Part shown: in pieces, positions 38,830 through 48,888 of the stretch
How positions within the stretch are numbered: the stretch's first letter is position 1
How the letters are laid out: the number at the start of each line of letters is the position of its first letter
NCBI GenBank assembly: GCA_964558085.1
Contig: CAZLBY010000002.1
Span: forward strand, 266,530 to 330,529
Reading direction: 5' to 3'
Length of the DNA: 64,000 nucleotides
Source: an uncultured Caldisericales bacterium
GTDB lineage: Bacteria; Caldisericota; Caldisericia; Caldisericales; Caldisericaceae
The notes under the pieces: model-generated
The model's input: only the letters and a program-made list of their open reading frames with translations
What the model was told of the DNA's origin: nothing
Databases searched by the model: none
Position numbers and translations under genes: made by a program

Positions 38830-40807
38830 GCTCGTTTCAGACTTTTATCCTACAGGTGATCAACCAGAAGCTATAGAAAAACTTACCGAGGGCATAAAAA
38901 AAGACTTCAAGTTTCAAACACTACTCGGAGTCACAGGGTCAGGCAAAACATTCACAATGGCAAATGTAATTGAAAGAATACAAAAACCCACGCTGGTCTT
39001 GTCTCACAATAAAACGCTAGCAGCGCAACTATATGCAGAGTTTAAGCGATTCTTCCCTGAAAATGCAGTGCACTATTTTGTAAGCTACTACGATTTTTAT
39101 CGGCCCGAAGCATACATACCACAATTCGACTTACATATCGATAAAACGGCAGACATAAATGAAGATATAGCGAGACTAAGACATGCAACAGTAAGAGCCC
39201 TGCTAGAACGAAAAGACGTGATTGTAGTTGCATCAGTCTCCTGTATATATGGATGGGACTCACCCGAAGAATACAAAGAGCAACTATTAACGGTAAAAAT
39301 AGGACAAAAAATATTAAGAAATACTTTAGCGGTAAACCTTGCAAGATTACAATACGAGAGAAACGATTTTGACTTCCGCAATGGGCGCTTTAGGCTGAAG
39401 GGAGATGTAGTTGAAGTGTTTCCAAAAGAATCAGAAACTGCAATACGCCTTGAACTTTTTGATGATAAAATCGATTCAATCACAGAATTTGACCCTTTTA
39501 CGAGAGATATTATAAAAAAGTATTCTTCATACACATTTTTCCCGGCGTCACAGTTTATTACAACTGCAGAGCGAATTCATAAATATACAAAGGAAATACG
39601 AAAAGAGCTTGCGCAACGCACTGAATTTTTTAAACAAAAACAAAAATTTGTAGAAGCACAGAGAATAGAAGAAAGGACAAATTATGACCTTGAAATGTTG
39701 GAAAACGTTGGTTATTGCTCCGGTATAGAGAATTATTCACGATACTTTTCGGGAAGACAACCAGGAGAAGAGCCTTACACTTTGTTAAATTTCTTCCCAA
39801 AAGATTTTTTCATGATTATCGATGAATCCCACATAACACTTCCTCAAACACGAGGGATGTTCAGTGGAGACCATCAAAGGAAACTCACTCTGGTAAAATA
39901 CGGGTTTAGACTTCCATCAGCATTGGACAATAGGCCACTACGGTTTGATGAATTTCTTAAACATATCAACCAGTGTATTTTTGTATCTGCAACGCCCTCT
40001 AAAAACGAGATAGATTATAGCAACCAAGTAGCTGAACAGCTTATTCGCCCAACAGGACTCGTAGACCCAGAAGTTGAGGTACACCCAGCAACAAATCAAA
40101 TCAGCAGTCTTATAAAAGAGGTACAGAAAAGAGCTAAAAAGGGAGAAAGAGTACTCGTCACAACGCTCACAAAAAAATTCGCAGAAGATTTAGCAATGTT
40201 CCTTACAGAAAAAGGAGTAAAAGCAAAATACCTTCACTCTGAAATAAAGACACTGGAACGAGTAAAAATTCTTAAATCACTACGTGAAGGAAGCTTTGAC
40301 TGCCTTGTGGGCGTAAATTTATTGAGAGAAGGGCTTGATTTGCCTGAAGTTTCACTTGTTGCTATCTTAGATGCAGATAAAGAAGGTTTTTTAAGATCCG
40401 AAGTGTCACTCATACAAACAATGGGGCGAACAGCAAGAAATGTATCCGGAAAAGTAATTATGTATGCAGATAATATCACAGAATCAATGAAAAAAGCGAT
40501 AAAAGAAACAGATAGAAGAAGAGAAAAGCAAATTGTCTACAACACAGAACATAATATTACGCCAAAAACTATAAGAAAAGCCATTTCAGATCTGATCGAC
40601 CTTCCGTGGAAGAGCGAAAAAGAAATTGAAAAAATAGGCGATAAAACACTTTTATCCCTTTCAGTAGAACAGTTCAGCGCTTTGATTACAGAACTCGAAG
40701 AGGAAATGCACCTCAAGGCAGATATTTTAGAATTTGAAGAGGCTGCAAAGATAAGAGATAAAATTGGCGAGCTGACCAAATTTTATAAAAAAAGGAGGAA
40801 AAAATGA
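38813..40807 (+). CDS. uvrB: Excinuclease ABC subunit B
   Basis: MDNKFKLVSDFYPTGDQPEAI is a UvrB N-terminus. The protein has the helicase motifs GVTGSGKT and DESH and a C-terminal UVR domain (EFEEAAKIRDKI). I prefer the Met at 38813 to the ORF-track start at 38789. Confidence 0.9.
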   Translation: MDNKFKLVSDFYPTGDQPEAIEKLTEGIKKDFKFQTLLGVTGSGKTFTMANVIERIQKPTLVLSHNKTLAAQLYAEFKRFFPENAVHYFVSYYDFYRPEAYIPQFDLHIDKTADINEDIARLRHATVRALLERKDVIVVASVSCIYGWDSPEEYKEQLLTVKIGQKILRNTLAVNLARLQYERNDFDFRNGRFRLKGDVVEVFPKESETAIRLELFDDKIDSITEFDPFTRDIIKKYSSYTFFPASQFITTAERIHKYTKEIRKELAQRTEFFKQKQKFVEAQRIEERTNYDLEMLENVGYCSGIENYSRYFSGRQPGEEPYTLLNFFPKDFFMIIDESHITLPQTRGMFSGDHQRKLTLVKYGFRLPSALDNRPLRFDEFLKHINQCIFVSATPSKNEIDYSNQVAEQLIRPTGLVDPEVEVHPATNQISSLIKEVQKRAKKGERVLVTTLTKKFAEDLAMFLTEKGVKAKYLHSEIKTLERVKILKSLREGSFDCLVGVNLLREGLDLPEVSLVAILDADKEGFLRSEVSLIQTMGRTARNVSGKVIMYADNITESMKKAIKETDRRREKQIVYNTEHNITPKTIRKAISDLIDLPWKSEKEIEKIGDKTLLSLSVEQFSALITELEEEMHLKADILEFEEAAKIRDKIGELTKFYKKRRKK

Positions 40808-41604
40808 AAAAAATTGGACTTGCACTGGGAAGTGGTGGCCCGAAAGGACTTTCCCACATAGGAGTACTTAAAGTATTAGAAAAAACTGGTATTCAAATTG
40901 ATATGATTGCAGGTTCGAGTATTGGTGCATTAGTGGGAAGTATTTATACGGTGACAGGAAGCGCAAAAAAAATTGAAGAAATTGCTTTAGGCACAAAGAT
41001 GAATACTGTGCTTTCTGCCCTCTTTGATCCAACACTGAAACTAGGGCTAATACGAGGAAAAAAAGTAACAAGGCTGCTCCAGGAAATAATCGGAGACTAT
41101 ACAATTGAAAATTTGCCAAAAAAATTTATTGCCGTTGCCACTGATCTTGCCACAGGAAAGCCATTTTTCTTTGAAGAAGGTAATCTTCTTGACGCAGTCC
41201 GTGCTAGTATCTCAATACCTTTCATGTTCCAGCCAATAAGAATAGAAAATACACTGCTTGCCGATGGAGGACTTTCTCTACAAGTACCAGTAGAGTCGCT
41301 TAAGAAATGTGGAGCAGATATTATCATTGCAGTAAATTTATTCGAAAATTCTTTCAAACCACTAAATTTTACTGGAAAATTCGTGAACACTCCCAGGGAA
41401 CTCTATAAAGTTGCATCAAATTCAATAAATATCTTGCAATACAGTCTTGCAAGAGAAAATTGTAAAAACGCAGACATCATTGTTGCTCCTGATGTAAAAG
41501 ATATAAAATGGGATAGTTTTTGGAAACCACAAAAAGCTATCCGTAAGGGAGAAAAAGCAATGAAAGAAAAACTGCCAGAGCTTCTTAAAATTCTTGAGGA
41601 ATAA
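40804..41604 (+). CDS. Patatin-like phospholipase
   Basis: The protein has a GGPKG oxyanion region, a GSSIGA nucleophile elbow (GxSxG) and a DGG catalytic Asp motif. It shares an ATGA overlap with the uvrB stop. Confidence 0.8.
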   Translation: MKKIGLALGSGGPKGLSHIGVLKVLEKTGIQIDMIAGSSIGALVGSIYTVTGSAKKIEEIALGTKMNTVLSALFDPTLKLGLIRGKKVTRLLQEIIGDYTIENLPKKFIAVATDLATGKPFFFEEGNLLDAVRASISIPFMFQPIRIENTLLADGGLSLQVPVESLKKCGADIIIAVNLFENSFKPLNFTGKFVNTPRELYKVASNSINILQYSLARENCKNADIIVAPDVKDIKWDSFWKPQKAIRKGEKAMKEKLPELLKILEE

Positions 41605-41606
41605 AA

Positions 41607-41624
41607 AAGCCCCTTGCGGGGCTT
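41607..41624. terminator. Bidirectional rho-independent terminator between convergent genes (AAGCCCC-TTGC-GGGGCTT)
   Basis: Direct reading shows the hairpin flanked by an A-run upstream and T-rich sequence downstream. Confidence 0.6.
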
Positions 41625-41627
41625 ATG

Positions 41628-42839
41628 TTAATGTATTTTTTTCTTTAGTAAAATACCCAGCCGCTTTATCCCTTCATCAATTTGTTCCGGGGTTGGAAGA
41701 GTAAAGTTAAGTCTCATATGGTGCTTATCCTCTCCATGGGGATAGAAAGCACTACCTATGACATAAGCAACTTTTTCCTCAATTGCTTCCCTAAACATCT
41801 CGGTTGTATCGACATAATCCGGCAGAGTAACCCAAATAAACATGCCGCCTTCCGGCTTTGTCCATTCTGCTTCCTTTGGGAAGTACTTTTCAATTGCATG
41901 AAGCATTAAATCTTTTTTCTTTTTATATGTTTGCCGTACAAGTTCAAGATATTGTTTTAAATGTCCCTGCCTGATAAATTCATAAGCAATATATTGAGTA
42001 GAAGAAGGAGAACAAAGGTCCGAGCCCTGTTTTGCAATCACAAATTTGTTAATAGCCTCTTTGTCTGCAATCATCCAGCCGAGTCGCAATCCAGGAGCAA
42101 GGATTTTAGAAAAAGTTCTTAGTGCAATGACATTACCAATATTATCCATCTCCACAAGAGAAGGAATTTTTTCTCCTTCGAAGCGAATTTCTCCATACGG
42201 ATCGTCTTCTATAATAGGTACATCATACTGATGACTCAATTCCAATATCTTTTTCCTTCGTTCAAAACTAAGCGTAACGCCTGCCGGATTTTGAAAATTA
42301 GGAATAAGATACATAAATTTTATATTTACCCCATTTTCTTTAGCTTCTCTGAGTTTTTCCTCTAAAATGTCTGTTTTTATACCATTGCTATCAAGCGGTA
42401 CTGTAATAAAATCTGCTTCATAAGCACGAAAGGCTTGCAAACCACCTACATAAGATGGAGCTTCTACAATGATTGCATCTCCCGGATCAATAAATACTTT
42501 ACCTACAAGATCCAATCCTTGCTGGGACGCAGTAGTTACAATAAGATTCTCTTTTGTAAGGTTCTGTATTCCCTCCTCTATGCCAATATTAACAAGCGCC
42601 TCTCTTAAAGCTGGGATTCCTTCGGTTGCACCATACTGAAGTGCTTTGTCGCCATGGTTAAGAAAAACATCTCTGGAAATCTCTGCAAGAACTTTTTTAG
42701 GAAATAGAGTTGGATCAGGCATACCTCCGGCAAGTGAAATAATTTCTGGATTGTCTACAAGTTTTAATAATTCTCTGATTGCTGAGGCTTTCATTGCTTT
42801 GCTTCTAGTAGAAAACTTTTTGCCCCATTCTAAAACCAT
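41628..42839 (-). CDS. PLP-dependent aminotransferase, class I/II (LysN/ARO8-like 2-aminoadipate/aromatic aminotransferase family)
   Basis: The 403-aa protein matches the family pattern (AIRELLKLV…SLAGGMPDP, NPAGV, SFSKILAPGLRLGW). Confidence 0.75.
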   Translation of the reverse strand: MVLEWGKKFSTRSKAMKASAIRELLKLVDNPEIISLAGGMPDPTLFPKKVLAEISRDVFLNHGDKALQYGATEGIPALREALVNIGIEEGIQNLTKENLIVTTASQQGLDLVGKVFIDPGDAIIVEAPSYVGGLQAFRAYEADFITVPLDSNGIKTDILEEKLREAKENGVNIKFMYLIPNFQNPAGVTLSFERRKKILELSHQYDVPIIEDDPYGEIRFEGEKIPSLVEMDNIGNVIALRTFSKILAPGLRLGWMIADKEAINKFVIAKQGSDLCSPSSTQYIAYEFIRQGHLKQYLELVRQTYKKKKDLMLHAIEKYFPKEAEWTKPEGGMFIWVTLPDYVDTTEMFREAIEEKVAYVIGSAFYPHGEDKHHMRLNFTLPTPEQIDEGIKRLGILLKKKIH

Positions 42840-42942
42840 CTTTGCCTCCTTTGACTATTTTTATTTTGGTGACTCTTTTTAATTATATCTACAAATTACA
42901 AATAGTTCAACCAATCAAAATGTCCTTACAAAAATAACAATG

Positions 42943-43224
42943 CTACAACACTTCGGTTGTATAGTTTTCAATATTCAGTCGACAATCTTTCTTTATAAAT
43001 TCAACAACCTTTGATAATGTGCTGTATAAATGTGCCTTCTCCGTATTCACAGTAACAACAGCAATAACAGATTTTCGGTACGAATTCTGCTGTCCAATCT
43101 CTACCATTGAGATATTGAAATTTTTCTTGAGACGTGAAAAAAGGCTTGAACATATCTGCCGTTTTTCTTTTAAAGAAAACGTACCGGGTATACCAAGCCA
43201 AATTACACAAATCCCTATTTGCAT
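42943..43224 (-). CDS. DUF503 (YlxP-like) family protein
   Basis: The 93-aa protein has the pattern …GTFSLKEKRQICSSLFSRLKKNFNISMVEIGQQ…SVIAVVTV, which matches DUF503. Confidence 0.5.
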   Translation of the reverse strand: MQIGICVIWLGIPGTFSLKEKRQICSSLFSRLKKNFNISMVEIGQQNSYRKSVIAVVTVNTEKAHLYSTLSKVVEFIKKDCRLNIENYTTEVL

Positions 43225-43233
43225 CTGACTGTA

Positions 43234-44370
43234 TTAAATGATAGTTTTCGAACTTTCTTCATCAAAAAGATGGATATGGAAAGGATCAATATAAAGCATC
43301 ACAGTATCTCCCATTGCATAATCATGATCAGAGCTTGCCCTGGCGACAAATTTTATATTGCCATCACCAAGTCTAAAATGAATGAATGTTTCAGAGCCCA
43401 TGAGCTCTACAAAATCTATCAGCACCTTAAACGGCTGCATTGCCATTTTTTCATCCTTTTTAACTTCAACCTCGCTGAATAAATCCTTGGGCCTGATACC
43501 CATTATCATATTTTTACCAATATAACCTTCTTTTGCAAGAATGTCTCGATGTGCATCGACTATTTTTAATTCAAACCCTTCGGAAACTGCATAAATATTT
43601 TTGTTTTTTTCTACAATTTTAACATCAACAAAATTCATCGGTGGAGTCCCGACAAAACCTGCAACAAACTTATTCACCGGATTATCAAATACTTCCTTTG
43701 GTTTTCCTTCTTGTTGTATTTCGCCTTCGTTCATGACAACTACTCTGTCGCCAAGTGTCATTGCTTCCACCTGATCGTGAGTGACATAAACAGTGGTAAC
43801 TCCCAGTCTTCTATGTAACTTTATAAGCTCGCCCCTCGTCTGGACACGAAGCTTTGCATCAAGATTGGATAAAGGTTCATCCATAAGATACACCTTCGGA
43901 TTTCTTACTACTGCCCTTGCGAGTGCAACTCTTTGTTTTTGTCCACCTGAAAGTTCCTTTGGTTTTCTTTTAAGAAGTTCCCCGATACCTAACATCTCGG
44001 CAGCTTTTTTTACTCTTTGATCTATCTCATCTTTTGGTAATTTCCTTAACCTTAATCCAAAAGAAATATTTTGATACACATTCATATGGGGATATAATGC
44101 ATAGTTCTGAAAAACCATTGCAATATCTCTATCTTTCGGCGGCATATTATTCACAAGCTTATCCCCGATATAAATTTCTCCTTCAGTCGGTTCTTCCAGG
44201 CCTGCAACAAGCCTAAGCGTAGTGGTTTTACCGCATCCAGATGGTCCTAAAAGGACGAGAAATTCTCCATCAATAATTTCGAGACTTTCGTTTCTTACTG
44301 CAACAACGTTACCAAATTTTTTTGTCACACCTAGGAGCATTACTTTGGCCACAGTTTTCTCCTTCGTCAA
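43234..44370 (-). CDS. Sugar ABC transporter ATP-binding protein (MalK/MsmK/UgpC family) with a C-terminal TOBE regulatory domain
   Basis: The protein carries Walker A GPSGCGKTT, a Q-loop, the signature LSGGQKQRVALARA, Walker B VYLMDEPLSNLD and an H-loop VTHDQ. Confidence 0.85.
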   Translation of the reverse strand: MTKEKTVAKVMLLGVTKKFGNVVAVRNESLEIIDGEFLVLLGPSGCGKTTTLRLVAGLEEPTEGEIYIGDKLVNNMPPKDRDIAMVFQNYALYPHMNVYQNISFGLRLRKLPKDEIDQRVKKAAEMLGIGELLKRKPKELSGGQKQRVALARAVVRNPKVYLMDEPLSNLDAKLRVQTRGELIKLHRRLGVTTVYVTHDQVEAMTLGDRVVVMNEGEIQQEGKPKEVFDNPVNKFVAGFVGTPPMNFVDVKIVEKNKNIYAVSEGFELKIVDAHRDILAKEGYIGKNMIMGIRPKDLFSEVEVKKDEKMAMQPFKVLIDFVELMGSETFIHFRLGDGNIKFVARASSDHDYAMGDTVMLYIDPFHIHLFDEESSKTII

Positions 44371-44456
44371 TTTTTAATCTAACGTAACAATTTTGTTTAA
44401 AGTATATCTTTGTATAAAATATAGTCAAGATTAAGCCAGCTAAAAGGAGAAACTGG

Positions 44457-45931
44457 ATGTATAAAGAAAATAAAATTATGTTGTGGTTACACATGCACCA
44501 GCCAGATTATTTAAACCCTCTCAGCAATGAACAAACCCTACCATGGACAAGAAGGCATATGCTTAATAGTTATTATGAAATTCCAAAACTGTTATTGTCA
44601 TCGTCTGCAAAGATTAATATCAATTTTTCTGGAATACTGCTAAAACAAATTGTCTCCTACGCAGAAGAAGAGTTGGAAGATAGTTGGGAAACATTGGAAA
44701 AAAAAGATGCAGATTCTCTTACTGAAAGTGAAAAAGAATTTATAATAAGAAACTTTCTTAACCCCATGGCCAACTTTAACTCAAATAGATTTAATAAACT
44801 AATTAACAAGAAAAAAAACAGAGAGAAATTTAGCACACAAGATATGCGAGATACTCAAATACTTTATGCTATATCAGCATTTTCTCCTGATACTACCGAA
44901 GTTAAAGGTTTAATAAATAAAAAAGAAAATTATTCAGAAAAAGATAAGATAGAAGAAAAAAAGATAGAGAGAAAGATATTCAAATCAATCATTCCGATGT
45001 ACAAAGAACTTTTGACAGAAAACAGATAGAACTCACAATATCTCCAATGCAACATCCCATTTTACCTCTTCTTATAGATTCGTCCATTGCATGCAGAAAT
45101 AAGAGAGAAACAATTCTACCCCTGGCTCAATTTACCCACTTAGACGATGCGATAAAACAGATAGAAGATGCCATTTCATTGTTCAGTAAAACTTTTGGTA
45201 AAATTCCACAAGGCATGTGGCCATCTGAAGGAAGTATTTCAAACGAGGCAATAGATATTATAAAGCAGAAAGGAATCAAATGGATTGGAACAGATGAAAG
45301 TGTGCTAATAAAAACCAATCCTTATGTAAAAAAGGGAGATATATCCATTCCCAGAAATGTAAGAGATTTAAAAATATTTTTCCGGAATCATTCCCTCTCA
45401 GACAAAATAGGATTTGTATACAATAAAATGAATGCAATAGATGCAGTAAGAGACCTATTGCAGGCAATAGAAACATCAAAAAATGGAGAGGTAATTATAC
45501 TGGATGGCGAAAATCCCTGGGACTTCTATCCCGAATATGGAGTACCATTTCTCTCGAAGTTATTCAGCGCATTAAATCAAAGAAACAGCGCATTAGGTCA
45601 TGAAATAGAAGCCACAGATAGTATTGCATCCATACACCCTGGCTCCTGGATAAACGGTTATTTTGATACCTGGATAGGCGATGAAGAATCAAATAGAGCA
45701 TGGACATATCTCACTGATGCAAGAAAAACAGTGGAAGGCGTGCAGGAATCTCTCAATCAAATCTATATTGCAGAAGGAAGCGATTGGTTTTGGTGGTACA
45801 GCAATTTTCACAAAAATGAAGTAGACTTTACCTTTGACACACTATTTCGAGCTCACCTTATTGCCGCCTATCAAAAAGCAGGAATAAAGATACCTTCCTA
45901 TCTATTCCAGCCCATTAAGGAGATAAAATGA
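44457..45931 (+). pseudogene. Glycoside hydrolase family 57 (AmyC-like alpha-amylase) interrupted by a frameshift; ORF-track pieces 44457..45029 and 45047..45931
   Basis: The first ORF carries the N-terminal HQP motif (LWLHMHQPDY). The second ORF carries WPSEGS and DGENPWDF. The conserved ISP.QHPILPLL motif spans the junction, where frame 2 is open from 44948. An A7 run at 44956-44962 is a likely slip site. Confidence 0.55.
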
Positions 45932-47865
45932 ACCTAATATTTATCATACATAATCACCAACCGGTAGGAAACTTTGATTATGTAATCGAAGATGCATACA
46001 AAAAAGCATATTTACCTTTTGTAAATGAAGTTTTGGATGCAAATCATTTCAGATTTGGCATACATTTTTCAGGATATCTTCTGCAATACATCGAAAAAAA
46101 CCATCCTGAATTTATAGAAAAACTTCGTTTTCTTATCAAAAAAAATAGATGCGAAATTCTTTCGGGAGGCATGTATGAGCCAATTCTCACATTGCTCCCT
46201 GAAAGAGACCGGAATGAACAAATTAAGAGAATGAACGAATACATTGGGAAACTATTCAAAACGCAACCAAAAGGATTCTGGGTTGCAGAAAGAGTATGGG
46301 AACAACATCTAACAAAGATACTTTCACAAAATGAGATACAATATACCGCACTGGACGACACACATTTTAAAAAAGAAGGCAAAACAGATAAGGATTTATC
46401 AAGGCATTTTATTACAGAAGATGAGGGAGAAACATTAAACATATTTCCCATAAGTAAAAATCTACGCTATCTCATACCGTTTAAACCAGTAGAGCAAATA
46501 ATAAAATATTTTGAGGAAGCAGAAAAAAAAGATAAAAACCGCCTTGAACTATTTGGAGACGATGGAGAAAAATTTGGCATCTGGCCCAAAACATATAGTT
46601 ATGTTTATGAAAAAAAATGGTTAAAAAAGTTTCTGAAAGCTCTTAAAGATAATTCGAGTTGGCTCACAATCAATCTTCCTTCAGAATATATTGCAAACAA
46701 TCTCCCAAAAGAACTGATCTATTTGAGAGAATGCTCATATGAAGAAATGATGGAATGGTCCGGAGGTAATTTCAGAAAATTTCTTATTAAATACCCCGAG
46801 AGTAACGATATGAACAAAAAAGCACTTTTTCTGAGTAAAAGAGTGAAAGGAAAATTTCCTGAGGAATTGCTAAAAGGAGAAACAAATGATGCGCTATGGC
46901 ACGGAGTTTTTGGCGGGCTGTACCTTCCACATTTAAGAATAGCGATATACAAAAACCTGATAAAAGCAGAGAAAAAGATAGATCCGCTTTCATTTAAAAT
47001 AGAAGAAAACGATATCAATAAAGACGGGGAAAAAGAATTTATACTGGAAACGCCAAAGCTAAATTTATATTTTACAAAAAAAGGTGGAGCCCTTTATGAG
47101 CTGGATGACAAAATAAAGGAACTAAATATACAAAATGTGCTTACAAGAAGAAAGGAGTCTTATCATAAAAAAATTCTCGAATTAAATGAAATCAAGAATA
47201 AAAACAAGGAAGAAATAAACACAATTCATCATATTACAGCAACAAAAGAAAGCAACTTAGATAAATTTTTAATATACGGTTGGTACAGAAGAAATTCTTT
47301 TATTGACCACTTCTTTAGAGCAGATACAACAGCTGAATCCATTTACAAAATGCAGTTTGGAGAGCAAGGAGATTTTGTCCTCGGCAACTACAATGGAAAA
47401 ACCAAAAAGACCGATAAAAATTTATCGCTTGTATTAGAAAGAAAAGGACATGTTTGGTGTGGAGAAAATTGGGAAGAGGTTTCGCTAAAAAAAGAAATTA
47501 TTGTCCCAAAAGAAAAGAGAGAAATCCAGGCTAGGTATGAAATACATGCCAGCAAAGAACTCCCCTTATTCTTCGGAATAGAATTCAATTTTATGTTCTT
47601 TAAGGATGGACTTAAGATAAACAAGCAAGATTATAAAAATCGCATAAAGCTTCAAGACAAAGAGTTTGAAATAGAAGAATTTATCCAAAAAATAAACCTT
47701 AGCATTAGCTTTACGGAAAAGGTTCAATTATGGACATTTCCCATATATACTGTTTCACAATCTGAAAGTGGGCTTGAAAGAACGTTTCAAGGACTTTCTT
47801 TTATTTTTAGCAAAAAAGATATAATTAAAGAAAAGATAATAAATATAAACTTGCAAATAAAATAG
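45928..47865 (+). CDS. Glycoside hydrolase family 57 enzyme (4-alpha-glucanotransferase / alpha-amylase-like)
   Basis: The 645-aa protein has the motifs IIHNHQPVGNF, GMYEPIL, LRYLIPFKPV, FGDDGEKFGIWP and WHGVFGGLYLPHLR. These match T. litoralis-type GH57 4-alpha-glucanotransferase closely. Confidence 0.8.
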   Translation: MNLIFIIHNHQPVGNFDYVIEDAYKKAYLPFVNEVLDANHFRFGIHFSGYLLQYIEKNHPEFIEKLRFLIKKNRCEILSGGMYEPILTLLPERDRNEQIKRMNEYIGKLFKTQPKGFWVAERVWEQHLTKILSQNEIQYTALDDTHFKKEGKTDKDLSRHFITEDEGETLNIFPISKNLRYLIPFKPVEQIIKYFEEAEKKDKNRLELFGDDGEKFGIWPKTYSYVYEKKWLKKFLKALKDNSSWLTINLPSEYIANNLPKELIYLRECSYEEMMEWSGGNFRKFLIKYPESNDMNKKALFLSKRVKGKFPEELLKGETNDALWHGVFGGLYLPHLRIAIYKNLIKAEKKIDPLSFKIEENDINKDGEKEFILETPKLNLYFTKKGGALYELDDKIKELNIQNVLTRRKESYHKKILELNEIKNKNKEEINTIHHITATKESNLDKFLIYGWYRRNSFIDHFFRADTTAESIYKMQFGEQGDFVLGNYNGKTKKTDKNLSLVLERKGHVWCGENWEEVSLKKEIIVPKEKREIQARYEIHASKELPLFFGIEFNFMFFKDGLKINKQDYKNRIKLQDKEFEIEEFIQKINLSISFTEKVQLWTFPIYTVSQSESGLERTFQGLSFIFSKKDIIKEKIININLQIK

Positions 47866-47880
47866 GGAGGTTAGTTATAA

Positions 47881-48885
47881 ATGCCAGAATTAAGAAAAGA
47901 TCCAATCACGGGAAGATGGGTAATCATCGCAATTGAGCGAGCAATGAGACCAAGTGATTTTAAGACAAAAGAAATGGTTGAAAAAGAACCAAAAACAGGC
48001 CCATTTTCTGAAGGAAATGAGTCACAAACACCGCCAGAAATTCTATCATACAGAACACCAGGAACTGCGCCTAATACACCGGGATGGTGGGTAAGAGTGA
48101 TCCCCAACAAGTTTCCTGCGCTAAAAATAGAGGGAGATTTAAATAGGAGAGGGATTGGCATGTATGATATGATGAACGGCGTCGGAGCCCATGAAATCAT
48201 TATTGAATCTCCACATCCAGCAGATTCGCTAGAAAATCTGCCTATAAAACACGTAGAAGATATTTTATGGGCGTTTAGAGGCCGATTCTTAGATTTAAGA
48301 AAGGATGCACGTCTTAAGTATATCATCGTATTTAAAAACAAAGGGAAAGAAGCAGGAGCATCACTTGCACACACACATTCACAGCTTATTGCAACGCCTG
48401 TTGTGCCAAAAACAGCAAAAGAAGAATTGGAAGGAAGCAGAAGGTATTATGATTATAAAGAAAGGTGTGTATATTGCGATATGGTAGCACAAGAAATAGG
48501 AGATAAACAAAGGCTTGTTTTAGAAAATCAAGGATTCGTTGCCTTTGTGCCGTTTGCATCGATTGTTCCTTTTGAAACATGGATTCTTCCGAAACAACAT
48601 AGTTCAGACTACGCAGAAATAAAGCGTAGTGAAATTTCTTATTTAGCGGATGCATTACAGCGAACATTAAAAATGATAGATACAGTAGTGCCGAATGTAC
48701 CGTACAACTTTTATATACATTCTGCTCCGCTTGACAATTTGCGCCTGCCACATTACCATTGGCATATAGAAATTGTCCCACGGCTCACGCAAACAGCTGG
48801 GTTTGAATGGGGAACAGGGCTCTATATTAATCCGATGTCACCAGAAAATGCAGCAAAATTCTTGAGGGAAACGGAAGGGAAATAA
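47881..48885 (+). CDS. Galactose-1-phosphate uridylyltransferase-family (GalT-like, HIT superfamily) nucleotidyltransferase
   Basis: The protein has a GalT-like N-terminus (KDPITGRWVIIAIERAMRP). Both HIT-like halves are present, as is the histidine motif SLAHTHSQLIA. Confidence 0.75.
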   Translation: MPELRKDPITGRWVIIAIERAMRPSDFKTKEMVEKEPKTGPFSEGNESQTPPEILSYRTPGTAPNTPGWWVRVIPNKFPALKIEGDLNRRGIGMYDMMNGVGAHEIIIESPHPADSLENLPIKHVEDILWAFRGRFLDLRKDARLKYIIVFKNKGKEAGASLAHTHSQLIATPVVPKTAKEELEGSRRYYDYKERCVYCDMVAQEIGDKQRLVLENQGFVAFVPFASIVPFETWILPKQHSSDYAEIKRSEISYLADALQRTLKMIDTVVPNVPYNFYIHSAPLDNLRLPHYHWHIEIVPRLTQTAGFEWGTGLYINPMSPENAAKFLRETEGK

Positions 48886-48888
48886 AAT

